From: the human T2T-CHM13v2.0 reference genome, Homo sapiens
Length of the DNA stretch: 64,000 nucleotides
NCBI RefSeq assembly: GCF_009914755.1
Contig: NC_060925.1
Direction: 5' to 3' (one strand)
Made by a program: the position numbers and the translations under genes. The notes under the pieces were generated by a model. That model was not told where the DNA came from. It saw only the letters and a program-made list of their open reading frames with translations, and searched no databases. Below, one piece after another: positions 15,251 through 31,200 of this stretch; the stretch's first letter is position 1; each line of letters begins with the position of its first letter.

Positions 15251-15471
15251 TTATTTTTAGGTACTTGGGAGACATACTCTGCATGCCCTTGCCTTTGTGT
15301 TTAACTGAGCCACTGGCACCAGGCTGTTTTTCCTGGCCCCACAGCCCTAAAAATAGGGCATTATTGAATAACCCAATAACCTGGTCAGAGATCTCTGCCT
15401 GCCCCAGGCCTGTGTGTGGATTCATATTTTCAGTGAGCAGATGCCCTTTCCATTAGATGATCTATTTTTAA
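15251..15471. promoter_or_regulatory. Candidate enhancer: three MEF2 consensus sites
   Basis: YTAWWWWTAR at 15251-15260, 15347-15356 and 15462-15471 in apparently non-repeat DNA; motif evidence only. Confidence 0.45.
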
Positions 15472-15869
15472 ACTTGCCAAATGTCAATTCTCTCTCAAGT
15501 GGCAATTCCCAGTCTCCAAGACTCGCTGGTTTGTTTGTTTGTTTTCCTGTCAGAATTTACTCTACAATGTACAAAACACATTTGTCATTCATTGTTCTTT
15601 TTGGACAGAAGTAACATTTTTTAATTCTTGCCTCTACTCTCTTCTTTTTTATTTGATTGAGAGCTAAGAGAACTGATGAAAAGGGATTCTGGAAGTGCAG
15701 GGTCCAGGATGTTGGAGTAATTTATGCGCCTTCTTTTAATTCAGTTTCCACCATATCTGCTTCCTTTTTTGGCATTTAAAGTAGCCAAGCTGCGGGAACA
15801 AAGCAAACTTTATAAAATCATTCAGTGTGAATAGCTGATTCCGGCTTAATTTGTTGCTACTCCAAGGTA

Positions 15870-16040
15870 ACATAGAGGTGCGAATATAAAGTAATATGAC
15901 TGATGCTTAAAAACCTCCAGACATCTGACACATCCAAGTGAATGCTGAACTCCTCAAAGAGTCCCCTTTGGATGACATTGTACTTGGTTTGAAAATATTC
16001 TCTTTTTGCTTAAGGCATTTTTGGAATATTTTTTCAGAAT
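15870..16040. mobile_element. MARNA-like mariner relic
   Basis: gaggtgcgaatataaagtaatatgactg (TIR-like) and tcaaagagtcccctttgga...gcatttttggaat. Confidence 0.55.
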
Positions 16041-16157
16041 CATCTCCCCATGTGTGGATCAGACCCTCAAATGTCCTCAGTGGCTGAGGAGCATGGGGCG
16101 TTAGCTCAGGAGATGGTGCTGTCCTACTCTTTGGACATGGTGTAAGAGAGGCATAAG

Positions 16158-16385
16158 TGTGGTCATAGTGAAAAGGGTGTGAGCTTTGGAGTCAGATGAT
16201 TTGGGTTCAAATCTTCTCTCTCCCACTTACAAGCTTGGCCATGCTGCTTAACATCTTGAGGCATCAGATTCTTTGTGTAAAATGAAGGAAGTTACATCTT
16301 CCTTGCAGGGTTGTCATGAAGGTTAAATGAATTAATGTGTATGGAGTTCTGACACCTGGTAAAAATGTAGAGTGTTAATACTGTT
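16158..16385 (+). mobile_element. MIR
   Basis: gctttggagtcagatgatttgggttcaaatc...gtaaaatgaagg...gggttgtcatgaaggttaaatga. Confidence 0.8.
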
Positions 16386-16397
16386 CTCTAATCCACT

Positions 16398-16703
16398 ATT
16401 TATTTTTTTCTTCTTTTTTTTTTGAGACAAGGCCTCATTCTGTCACCGAAGCTGGAGTGCAGTGTTGTGATCACTGCTCACTGCAGCTTTGATCTTCCAG
16501 GCTCAAACCATCTCCGGCCTCAGACTCCCAAGTAGCTGGGACTACAGGTGTGCACAACCACGCCTGGCCAATTTTTTTTTTTTGTAGAGATGGGGTCTCA
16601 CCATGTTGTCCAGGCTGATCTCGAACTCCTGAGGTCAAGTGATCCAACCCGCCCTGGCCTCCCAAGGTGCTGGGATTACAGGTGTGAGCCACCCTACCCA
16701 GCC
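16398..16703 (-). mobile_element. AluJ
   Basis: Reverse dimer with J-type right arm. Confidence 0.88.
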
Positions 16704-16709
16704 CTCAAC

Positions 16710-17560
16710 TGTTCTTCCTAATACACTGTGTCCAGCCAAATGAAGTTGCTTTGCTCTTCCTGTGTGTTTAGTGATGCTCTTCCCTAAAGACAGTCCCCTC
16801 TTTAATGCCTTCTGTCTCACTTCTGTATGTCCCAAACCTATTTCTCCTTAAAGTCTGGCTCAAATAAAAATAATACTACTAATGAACAGAAAAGTTAAGC
16901 AATTTACCCAAGGTCTCACGACTCTTATGCCAGTAGTAGAGGCAGACTTTGGGCCCAGGCTGTCAGATACCAGTGTCTACACTCTACAATGTCCACACTA
17001 CAACACTAGGCTATGCTACCTACTTGTGTAACTGCCTCTACAAATTCCACCATCTTCATGAAGCTTAGCAGATCTCTCTTAGAACACCCTCTTCTACCTT
17101 TGAATTCTATGTCCCCCACTTACAAAGCTTTTCTAATGAGACATGTATCTTTCCACATGATATTAGAATCATTTGGTTACTGGTCTCATCTCCCTGCTAA
17201 ACTGGATGTTTAATAAGTGCTATTTATTTCATAACACTCTTCTTGATACCTTGCATAACCTATTGTGCTCAAGAATATTTATTCAGCATATTATTTTAAA
17301 ATGCAAATCTGATTATGTCTCTCCTCTGTTTAAAATGTTCCATTTCCTTTAAGATAAAAACTGAAACTTTCAATGTAGCAAGAAGTTCCTGAGCAATGAG
17401 TTTCCCACCCTGCTAGTCTCACTTTACCATTGCCCCTAGCTCATTGCTGTCCAGCTATCAGTGGCTTTTTGTCCACTCTTCAAGCCACCAACCCCCCTCA
17501 GGACCTTCTCACCGGCTCTCCCTCTCCCTGGAAGGCTGGGTTCTCTTTCCCCACATTGAC
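16710..17560 (+). mobile_element. L2 fragments with a reverse MIR at ~16880-16990
   Basis: aaatgcaaatctgattatgtctctcctctgtttaaaa (L2); gttaagcaatttacccaaggtc (MIR). Confidence 0.55.
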
Positions 17561-18152
17561 CTTGGCTCCCTCCTGTCATGACTGTTCTGATGACCTCCCC
17601 TTGTTACTTTGCCTCCAGGCACCACTGCCCTTCTCAGGAATGGATGTGTAACATTCTGGCCAGGTGTGACCAGTCCTGTGAGAGGGGACCCACCTGGGGG
17701 CCCTGGCTCTGCCCTCACTTTCCAAGTGGGAAATCCAGGCTGGCTGACACTTAGGGATCTGGGCCCGACCTCTGTAGGGGCCTCTGGGGCAACAAAGGCT
17801 GCTTGTCCAGTCCAGCTCACCCTGTCGTAGAGGAGGCGAGCTCTGACTCCATGCCAGAGATTGATCCTGACAGTGGCATTTTCTAAAGGGACTTGTACCC
17901 TTCGTCTCTCCTTGGCTCATATATTTTGGCTGCCAGCAGGCCTGGCTCAAAGCCATCTTGGCAAAGAAAAATTTTTATAGCCTTGTTGGTTTAATTTTGT
18001 TTTCTCCCCACCTAATCCCGGGCAGAAATATCTCCAAACAGCTTTTATATTATCGGAGATAGGATGGGGGAACTATGCAGAGGAGGAAAGGGATCAAGAC
18101 AAGGACATCTAAGTTGGAAATGGGTTATTTCTTTATTTAAAAATAATATATG

Positions 18153-18284
18153 CTGGGCTTGGTGGCTCACACCTGTAATCCCAGCAATTTGGGAGGCTGT
18201 GGCGGGATGGATTGCTTGAGCCCAGGAGTTTGAGACCAGCCTGGGCAACATAGTGAGACTCTGTCTCTATAAAAAATTAAAAAA
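18153..18284 (+). mobile_element. FLAM_C / Alu left monomer
   Basis: Single arm ending in A-rich tail. Confidence 0.85.
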
Positions 18285-18299
18285 TATGTGTTAGTTTTA

Positions 18300-18495
18300 T
18301 AATAGTTGGTAACATTTACTAAACATCTACTAGGTCCCGGGTATTGTACTGGGAATTTGTACATATGTTAGTTCATTTAATTTTCCTAATTATAGCCCTT
18401 TGAGTTAGGTCCTATTATTAGTCCCACTTCATAGATTAAAAGGTTGAGATTTTGGTAGGTTAAAAAACTTGCCCAAGCTTACTAAGTAGCACAGG
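18300..18495 (-). mobile_element. MIR
   Basis: aacatttactaaacatctactagg...cctattattagtcccac...aacttgcccaag. Confidence 0.7.
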
Positions 18496-18734
18496 TGGGC
18501 TTATAGCTGAAGATACGGGAATGCTTGCTGAATTTTCTGCTGTGGGAATGAGAATATCAAATTACATTATGGTTTTGAGGGCAGGGGTCCAGCCAAGAAT
18601 GATCGTCAAAACAGCAGATTCCAGAAAGATTCAAGTGTGAACCCTGATATTCCCCAGGTGTCCACGTTATATTTTACTTAATAAAAAGTAATCACTGTAA
18701 TCAGTAATGGATGGTTATTCTAGTTTACTAGGAA

Positions 18735-19310
<576 letters not shown>

Positions 19311-19475
19311 GATGTTCCAATAACATTATTAGCCTCCCTCTAATATGTTATTGTTGGGAGATGATTCTACTATTAATATTTGCACTAAGGTATGCCATCT
19401 CTTGGAAGCCCTACTAAAAGAAAATGCCATAGATGGGAAACACATTAAACTATGATCAGTCTGAATTATTAAGTA

Positions 19476-19769
19476 TTTTTTTTTTTTGAGACGGAGTCTT
19501 GCTCTGTTGCCCAGGCTGGAGTGCAGTGGCATGATCTCGGTTCACTGCAATCTCCGCTTCCTGGGTTCGAGTGATTCTCCTGCCTTATCCTCCTGAGTAG
19601 CTGGGATTACAGATGCCTGCCACCATGCCCGGCTAATTTTTGTATTTTTAGTAAAGATGGGGTTTCGCCATGTTGGCCAGGCTGGTCTCGAACTCTCAAC
19701 CTCAGGTGATCCGCCCGCCTTAGCCTCCCAAAGTGCTGGGGTTACAGGCATGAGCCACAGTGCCTAGGC
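19476..19769 (-). mobile_element. AluS
   Basis: Reverse dimer; TSD attaagt. Confidence 0.93.
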
Positions 19770-19798
19770 ATTAAGTCTTAATTAATAATTAAGCTACA

Positions 19799-20298
19799 CA
19801 GATGGGCCTCAACTTACAATGGTTCAAGTTACGATTTTTTGACTTTATGATGGTGTGAAAGCCACATGCGTCTGGTAGAAACCATACTTCAGATATTGGA
19901 TTTTGATCTTTTCCTGGGCTAGTGATACGAGGTAGGGTACTCTCTTGCAATGCCGGGCAGCAGAAGTGAGCCACAGCTCCCAGTCAGCCATGGAATCACA
20001 GGGGTAAAACAATACTTTACTGCATATGGTGTTGCCAACGTTTTTTGAATATTGTGTTTTCACATCTTATCATGTCTATAAAATACCCACCTGCAAACAG
20101 TATTTAACATTTATTATAAAATAGGCTTCGTGTTTGATGAGTTTGCCTAACTATAGGGTAATGTAAGTGTTCTGAGCATGTTTAAGGTAGGCCAGGCTAA
20201 GCTATGATGTTTGGTATGTGGGGTGTATTAAATCCATTTCAGTTTAGGATATTTTCAACTTAGGATGGGTTTATCTGGATGTAAGCTGAGCAGCATCT
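19799..20298 (-). mobile_element. MER47/Tigger5-family element
   Basis: Termini cagatgggcctcaacttac / gtaagctgagcagcatct; internal ttaaggtaggccaggctaagctatgatgtttgg. Confidence 0.8.
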
Positions 20299-20369
20299 TT
20301 TTATTGTGCAAGCTTTCTGGAAAGTAAGATGGCAACTTACAGAAAAAATAAAAGGCCTTAAATTAGTAA

Positions 20370-20560
20370 TAGTAACAACAGCTGCCTCCATTTAGTGACG
20401 GCCTATTATGGTTTCATGTCTTTTATTTTATTGTTAATCCTTGTAACTACCTTATGGGAATGATACTATTATCATTTGCTTTATGAGGTTTACGAAGAGA
20501 TTAAGCAAATGTTTAAAGCCACCCGACAGTAAGTGGTGAAGTCAGGCCTCACTCCAATGT
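20370..20560 (-). mobile_element. MIR
   Basis: aatccttgtaactacc...actattatcattt...gagattaagc...gtaagtggtgaagtcagg. Confidence 0.6.
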
Positions 20561-21160
20561 CTGTGTTTGCTTCATTAAGCCCTTCTGTTGTCAGGCCTGG
20601 CAGTCCCACTTTTGGGAAAATATCCTAAGCAAATAATTTGAAAAGAAAAGAAGGTCATTTGTCAAAACAAAACAAAAACCAGAAATATTTATAGCTCTGT
20701 AATGTTCATCACCCAGCCCTATGACCTCAAATTGGAAGGTGGAATGGCAAGCTCCCACACATTAACACAAGATGGCAAGCATCAAAAGACAAATGCATGA
20801 ATTACATCGGTAGAGAACATCTGAAGCTACACTTAATAAAAAGGATGGGATCCAAAATAGCACCAAAAAGAATATGTATACACTTCTCAAAAGTTAGGTG
20901 AAATTGATGTCTGTATGCTAGTAAGAATCAGAAGTATTTATAGAGGTATGCAAATGATTAGTAGATGAAGCTTCCTTCCTTGCTGTTGTATTTTTGGGCA
21001 GAGCAGTTTAAATATTGTAGTCAATAAAAAAAGAAAAAGAAAAGAAGTATACCGAATCAAGTTTAAAAAAAGGAGATTTTTTTTTAAACTCTAGAATAAA
21101 GTGGTAAAACCAGCTTCTTTAAAACACTAAAACAAAAAGTAATTACTATCTTAAAGAGGG

Positions 21161-21466
<306 letters not shown>

Positions 21467-21675
21467 AGGTTTATTTATTATAGTGTTCCTTTACTTAGAA
21501 GATGAGAGCTCTTAGGGGTGTACTAGGATAGCGATAGAGGGGCTCTAAATTTTCAGTATATTTCATAAAACATGATGGACATTATATACTTTAACTGCAT
21601 ATTTAAGCACCTTGGCAATAGTTTGATATAACAAAAGGATAGAAGGTCTTGGGCTCTGTTACCAGGTTACCTGGG

Positions 21676-21974
21676 TTTTTTTTTTTTTTTTTTGAAACAG
21701 AGTCTTGCTCTTTTGCCCAGGCTGGAGTGCAATAGCATGATCTCAGCTCAATGCAACCTCTGCCTCCAGGGTTGAAGTGATTCTCCTACCTCAGCCTCCT
21801 GAGTAGCTGGGATACGGGCCCCCCACCACCATGCCCGACTAAGTTTTGTATTTTTAGTAGATATGGGGTTTCACCATGTTGGCCAGGCTGGTCTCGAATT
21901 TCAGACCTCAGGTGATCTGCCCACCTCAGCCTCCCAAAGTACTGAGATTACAGGTGTGAGCCACCATGCCCAGC
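21676..21974 (-). mobile_element. AluSx-like inserted in a plus-strand MIR (~21630-22130)
   Basis: TSD tacctgggtttt; MIR resumes with tgtaaaatggggataataataatgcctacctc. Confidence 0.92.
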
Positions 21975-22692
21975 TACCTGGGTTTTAATTCTAGCTTGTT
22001 ACCTAGTTGCACAGAAGGGAAGCTAAGCCCTTCTGTGGCCTTGTTTGTAAAATGGGGATAATAATAATGCCTACCTCAATGGATTGCTACCTAGCACATG
22101 ATAAGGTTTCCATAAACATTAGCTACTATTAAGCCACAAAGCTGCATTGTTTTGACCTGGAATTATATCAGTTCAGCATGAATTTTATCTCAAGCAAATC
22201 AGAAGTATTGACAATTGTACAAGCTTCTGATTGCTAAAATATGGAGAAATAAATCAACTATGAGCCAATGCACTTTGATCAATAAAATCTTTGAAAATTA
22301 TAGGAGAGAGGAAGAAGAGAGGGAAGGATAAATGACAGGGATCCTTGGTGATAAAATCTGAGGATGAATACACAAGATAGATATGTTTTGATAAGGACAA
22401 GAGGAGCAGGAGGCCTGGGCAGAGAACAGAAGTGAAAGCTGAAGCCATGACACGCTTTTGCCAGAATCAGAGAGAGAGGGTCAATTTGTTGAAGTCTGGC
22501 TTCTCCTGAAGACAAATCATTGTCCTCCTGTACTCTTGGTGCTTTGGTTAGATCGCAACACCTGAACCCACACCAGGACTTGTAGGGGTGAAAATGTGTT
22601 TCAGAAAGCATCTATGCAACCTAGATGCCAGCTGAGGCTCCCCCTCCCTGGGAAGTCTGGTTAACCTCGACCTGAACCCAAACACCACAGCC

Positions 22693-22704
22693 TGTGACGT
22701 CACA
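22693..22704. promoter_or_regulatory. Full CRE within 12-bp palindrome TGTGACGTCACA
   Basis: Read directly; function unknown. Confidence 0.35.
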
Positions 22705-23184
22705 AGTCCTCTTTGCAATTTCTCTCTTGCTCTGATCTCTTCCTCCACCTCACTGCTTTGTGCTCCCTGCCCCAAGTCAATTCTGAGGCAAAGTTCTGCC
22801 CTTCCACCAAGTTCTACAAAACCCACATGCACCAATTCTTTTGTGAGCTTAGTTTGCTGCTGAAGATGGCTGGGGCAGATGTTGCAGGTTGGGGGTCCCA
22901 GCCACAGAGCTTTCTGCCTTCTCCCAGTTCCATTTCCTCCATTTTTCTGGTCTCTTTCTCTTTCCTCCCTCTGGCCCCAACACAAGTGCCTCCCCTGCCT
23001 CACATAGGAGAGACATTCCAACCCAACCACTTAATGTATTTTGCCAACTAAGAGAGTTTACTCATCCTAAGGGGAAGTCTGTTTAAAGTGATTTTCCATT
23101 CACATAACAGGTGTTATTAGGCTAGACCAAAACATGTGACTATGTTTTATGCAAAAGAGTGCTTATAAATAATTTATAATTATT

Positions 23185-23433
23185 GGCTGGGCATGGTGGC
23201 TCATGCCTGGCCAACATGGTGAAACCCCGTCTCTAATAAAAACACAAAATTAGTCGGGTGTGGTGGCGTACCCCTGTAATCCCACCTACTCAGGAGGCTG
23301 AGGCAGGAGAATTGCTTGAACCTGGGAGATTTCAGAGGGCCGAGAATGCATCACTGCACTCCAGCCAGGGCAACAGAGTGAGTGAGACCCTGCCTCAAAA
23401 AAACACAAACAAACAAAAAACAAACAAAAAAAA
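23185..23433 (+). mobile_element. AluS lacking ~67 bp of the left arm
   Basis: tcatgcctg joined directly to gccaacatgg. Confidence 0.9.
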
Positions 23434-23499
23434 CTATTAAAAATATAAAAATGGTTATAAATAAACAGTGGCCTATCTGTGGAGTTTTGACAAAAGAGA

Positions 23500-24050
23500 A
23501 CGCCGGTAGTGGCAAGGATCTAGGACTAAGAGTGAGACTATGGGGAGCCATTGAAGGATCTTAGTGTGTCTTCTGGGGAGGTCACTGTATGCCGGGCACA
23601 TGACAGGGAGGCAAAAGTGGATGCAAGGAAACCACAGGCAGGAAACAAGAGGCTCAAGGATAAGGTTTGTTGGTGGCAGTGGAATGGAGGGATGGATTCA
23701 GAAGGTTGAGCTTATGGAAGTTAGTGGCCAAAGGATGTGGGAAGCTGGGGAAGGATTAAGAATTAGGGTGGCCCTTATCCTTATTGGCTTAGAAATTTAC
23801 CAGTTGTAAAACTGAAAGTCATACATCCTGTGAGACCCCTCTGTCCTGAGCAAACCAGAATGGTTGATCTTTACTTAGGCTTATGACTTGAGAGAGTAGG
23901 GGGTTAGCAAAGCCATTCATCAAAAGGAAGAATATAGAAGAAAAAAGTTAGTGGAATGATAGGGTAGGAGGGGAGGTGGTGTTTGGTGATAATTGTCTTA
24001 AATAAAATGTGTTTGAGGTGTCTGTGGGATATCCAAGTCATGACAATAGC
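23500..24050 (-). mobile_element. L2 relic
   Basis: tggggagccattgaagg...tgtttgaggtgtctgtgggatatccaagt. Confidence 0.6.
23764..23876 (+). mobile_element. MER81-like hAT-Blackjack MITE
   Basis: tagggtggcc...actgaaagtc...gagcaaaccagaatggttgatc. Confidence 0.65.
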
Positions 24051-24129
24051 ATCATGGTCAGATAGAAGGACAAGGCAGGTGATACAGGCTTGATAATAAT
24101 AAACCGACAAGCACAACCACCATCTAACA

Positions 24130-24335
24130 AAAATAGCCAAGATTACTGACTGCTTATTATAAGCCTGGTTCTGTTCTAAGTACTCTGCATTTTTTGGTCT
24201 CATTTGATACTCAGAGCAACTCTATAAGGTGGGAATTCTTATCTCCATTTTGCAGTTGAGGAAACTGAGACACAGAGATGATAAGAAACTTGTTTAAGGT
24301 CAAAAGTCAAACAGTTAGTCAGTGGAGGTGCTGGG
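24130..24335 (-). mobile_element. MIR
   Basis: atctccattttgcagttgaggaaactgagacacagag. Confidence 0.8.
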
Positions 24336-24909
24336 GCAAACATCTCTGGCCAAAGATGTTCTTTGAAACATATTTTACGATAGCAAAATGTTAGACACAT
24401 CTAAGTAGGAGGTAAATAGTTATATAAATTAGGATGCACCCAGAGAGGGATGAGTGAGCTCCATTTGTCCCCTGCTCTCACTCCGAGGGAAAGAAAGCCA
24501 CTCTCCTCTTTCTATCTCCTGCAGAGGCTCCAGCTGTGCCAGTTTTGTTCTTTTCTGCCTATGCAGTGTCAGAAGGACAAGAAAGTGAGAGCAGAGATGA
24601 GGGGGAGCATTGAAGACGTTGGTTCTGATGCAGCTGTGGCATCTTGGGGAAGTGGAAGAGGGAAAAAGGGAAATTTTAAAAGACATATTCTTATTGCGTG
24701 AATCCCCTTCACAGCATTAGAAGATACAAACAAAGGTTTTAAGTTCTTTAGCTTTCTTTTTGCTGAGCCCAGTTTCTGTGATGGTGGCAGCACTCAGAGA
24801 CAGGGCTGGGGGAACGGTTTTACCTGTACTGCCGCAGCATTGTCGCAGGTTTCCAGGGCAGCGGAGGCCCTAGAAACCATCTGAACAGGAAGGGCAAGGG
24901 GAGTCACCA

Positions 24910-26170
<1,261 letters not shown>

Positions 26171-26179
26171 TTAGAATCT

Positions 26180-26560
26180 ATTACTGCTCTTTGGTTATTA
26201 GCAACAGAAAAACAGTTGTGGCTAAGTTCAGCAAAAATAAAGTTAGTGGACGCAAACAGCCTAGCTCTCAGAATCAAAGGAAAAGCTCATTAACCAGGCC
26301 TCAGAAAGGATGGAAATGGGGAGGCCCAGGGATCCAGGTTGTAGGAAGTAATGGGCAGTGTTAGGATGAACGTGCATCATTTGTGTTGTGTCCTCAGATC
26401 CCTTCACCCAACAGGCTAGCTGATCTTGAATGGATTTGCCCACACAAACCACAATAAAGTGAATATTGGAGAGAGATGGGTCCCCAGAAGAAAACCAGGT
26501 GCTATTGTTAGGAGAAAAGGGTAATAGGTATTGGGTAAAAGCAATCAGTATCTTGGATGT
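26180..26560 (-). mobile_element. Old MLT1 (MaLR) LTR relic
   Basis: ttggttattagcaacagaaa...ccccagaagaaaaccaggtgctattgttaggagaa. Confidence 0.55.
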
Positions 26561-27007
26561 CATGTTCATCCTCACTGTCACAGCTATTGGCACAGCCCTA
26601 CACACTGTTCCAGCACTGGCACCATTAGCCAAGAAAGGGAGATGTATGATGGATTCTGCGGTGAACTTGTTGAGTTTGATTTTCCATATGGACTTGTGAT
26701 AAGTTGTAGAGTTTATAAGAACTCTAGGAGGGAGGTATAGAAGTGGAAGATTATCAGTTTACAAGGGTTGAGAATAGATGATATTGGCCAGGGATAACAC
26801 CTAAGGAAAGAATATTGGATTGAGAATCAACCCTTGAAGAAATACCTACTAGGAAAAACATAAAAAATAAAAGAGAGAAAGAGAGAGAGAGAGTGGGAGA
26901 AAGAGAGAGAATATATTTTAGAAGCTGAGAAGAAATAGTTTGGTTTGTGAGCCAGGAGAAGACCCAGGAGAGAATGGAGGTGTAATTCCAAGAGGCAGGA
27001 ATACCGT

Positions 27008-27119
27008 TAGGTGACGACTCATGCTGGTTTGCCTGGAACTGTCCCAGTTTTAGCACTGAAAGTCCCATGTCCCATGAACTCTGACAGTCCTGGGTAAACT
27101 GGGGTGGTTGGTTACCCTA
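27008..27119 (+). mobile_element. MER81 MITE
   Basis: taggtgac...ggtttgcctggaactgtcccagttttagcactgaaagtccc...ggttggttacccta. Confidence 0.8.
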
Positions 27120-27748
27120 GAGTCAGCAGTGTTGGGAGAGCCAGGAGCAATAGGGAGTGTAGTATGAGAGACAACCGTTGGAACCAGAAACTGGGAACAC
27201 TAGCAGCTGAACTAGTGTTGCTATATTGGAGATAATGGGGGAATCAAAGGCAAAGAAAATTATGGGTAGACCCATGTTTTTCCCCTAGACCAGAATGGCC
27301 TGTAGTGGTAGTACTACTCTGCTTGGTTGGCCCTGAATAGTTAAGTTTATCTTTCTAGGCCTCAGTTTCCCCATCTGTGAGATTATGTAATCACTATGGT
27401 ATTCTCCAGCTCTAACCATGTATGACTGTGCAAACCCGTATTTCCCAGCCTCTTGGGCCTCTGGGTGAGGCACTTTCTGAATCTTCTATACTGGAGTTGC
27501 AGAGCCAGCATGAATCATTTTCTGCTCAGAAGGAGCCAGCCCTGGGGGAACAAGATGTGAGATTTCAGTTCATCAGGGCTAGGTGCCAAGTAATAGTTCC
27601 AGCTGCCATTGGCCAAGAGTTCACATGCAGGTTGCTCTGCCTCAGGGGTCTCAGTAAATATTAAATAACACACTGGATGACCCTGGACAAGCTACTGAAA
27701 CAATTCACCAATAGGTTAACTCATCCGTCAAGAAAGTAAGTGGTTTCT

Positions 27749-28880
<1,132 letters not shown>

Positions 28881-29099
28881 GCTATCCTATGAATAACAAA
28901 TAGAGGTATCTTCAGGTTTGTAGTGGATGGGAAATCACATATAAGTAGATGAAAGCAAAACAAAAATAAATGGTGGTCCTACCATTCATGCAGATTTAAA
29001 AGCAATTTGAAGGGCATATATAATCAACTCATAAACATCACTCACCATTCCAGTGACAAACACTAGAACTGCTCTCACCTTTCCACACATATTTATTAA

Positions 29100-29540
29100 A
29101 TTTCACATTGCCAACAAAGAATTCACATCTTAATATGTAAAGAGCTCCTACAAATTGATAAAATAAAAACTCTGATAGTTATGTAGGTGGCAGATTTTAA
29201 CCAATTCAATGGATTTTAATCAATCCATTGAAGAGGAAATACAAATAGCTAACAGACATTAAAACAATCATTCAACTTTGCTGATAATCAAAGAAACACA
29301 AAGAAAGGAATATATTATACACTTTCACCTATGAAATTACAAATACTTTAAAATGAGAGCAGACAAAACTGGCAAGGGAAAGGAGAGATGGGTGCTCTCT
29401 ACATAGTTGGCAGAAATATGGATTGGTCTTACTATTCTTGGAAAATAATTTTATAGTATGTTCATGGAATTTAGGAACATTTAAACTCTCTGATTGGTAT
29501 TTTTACTCCCAAGAATTCATCCTAAAAAATAATGCAAATG
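29100..29540 (+). mobile_element. L1ME-type relic
   Basis: gagctcctacaaattgataa...gaggaaatacaaatagctaac...ctgataatcaaagaaa. Confidence 0.65.
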
Positions 29541-29549
29541 TTTCACTAT

Positions 29550-29780
29550 CATCACATAATGTGATTGAGAAGTTGCTATATGCTAGGCATTGTGCTAATT
29601 GCATTAATATGCATTATTTCATTTCATCCATAAGTTTCCTTATGAGGTATTTTCATGAAGTCTTTTTTTTTTTTTAACAGGAGAGGAAACTGAGACTTAA
29701 GGAAGTGAAGTAAGGTTATATTGTGAATAACTGAGGAAGCTGGATGATCTGACTCTAGTGTGTGGACCTTTAATAACTTT
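29550..29780 (-). mobile_element. MIR
   Basis: tatatgctaggcattgtgcta...gaggaaactgagactt. Confidence 0.7.
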
Positions 29781-30506
29781 ACTTACTTTATGTGCTCATT
29801 CATATATGAGTTCAATAAGAGTAAAAAAAAGCTAATCTTTAAACAAAATAATTAAATCAGGCAAACTGTTCCTTGCTCCATTGATCAGGGAGACTTGGCA
29901 GTGTTTGGATTTCTAATTAAATCAGGCAGTTTTAATTAGGGTTCCTAGGGCTTTCTCCTTGTCCTGTGGAAAGTTTTGTGACGAGTTTTACATGAGAATA
30001 TAAAACAGTCCCAGGCTCCTTCATGCAAGCTGTGTTATCAGCCACTGAATTTGACACCTTTTTTGGGTTAGGGTATCTGTGAACCGACAGGGGTTTATCG
30101 CAACCCATTACTGAAGCAATCAATTGCATATACCTGTTTACTTGTCTATCTTTTCCCCCAAACTGAGAGCTGTATAATAGCGGGGATAGTGTCTGTCTAA
30201 TTTATTAACCTTGAAAGGTGAGAATGGGTTATGGGAGGCATTCAGCGGTGTCTTCCAAACTCTCACATATGAAAAAGAAGACATTTCACAAGAATGGCCC
30301 TTACAATGGCATTGTTGGTATTTGCAAACAATTTGGAAGGACATTTGGGTTATTTGTCGTTTTTGATTATTACAAGTATAGCTGCTATAAACATTTGCGT
30401 ATAACTTACATAAATGTAAATTTTCATTTCTCAGGAATAAATGCTCAGGAATGCTATTGTTGTTTTGTATAGTAGGTGGGTGTTTAACTTTTAAAGAAAC
30501 CATTAA

Positions 30507-31200
<694 letters not shown>

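Noticed and set aside
22548-23051. Overlapping 160-aa and 112-aa non-repeat ORFs
   Set aside because: Non-ATG starts, no recognisable domain or exon structure
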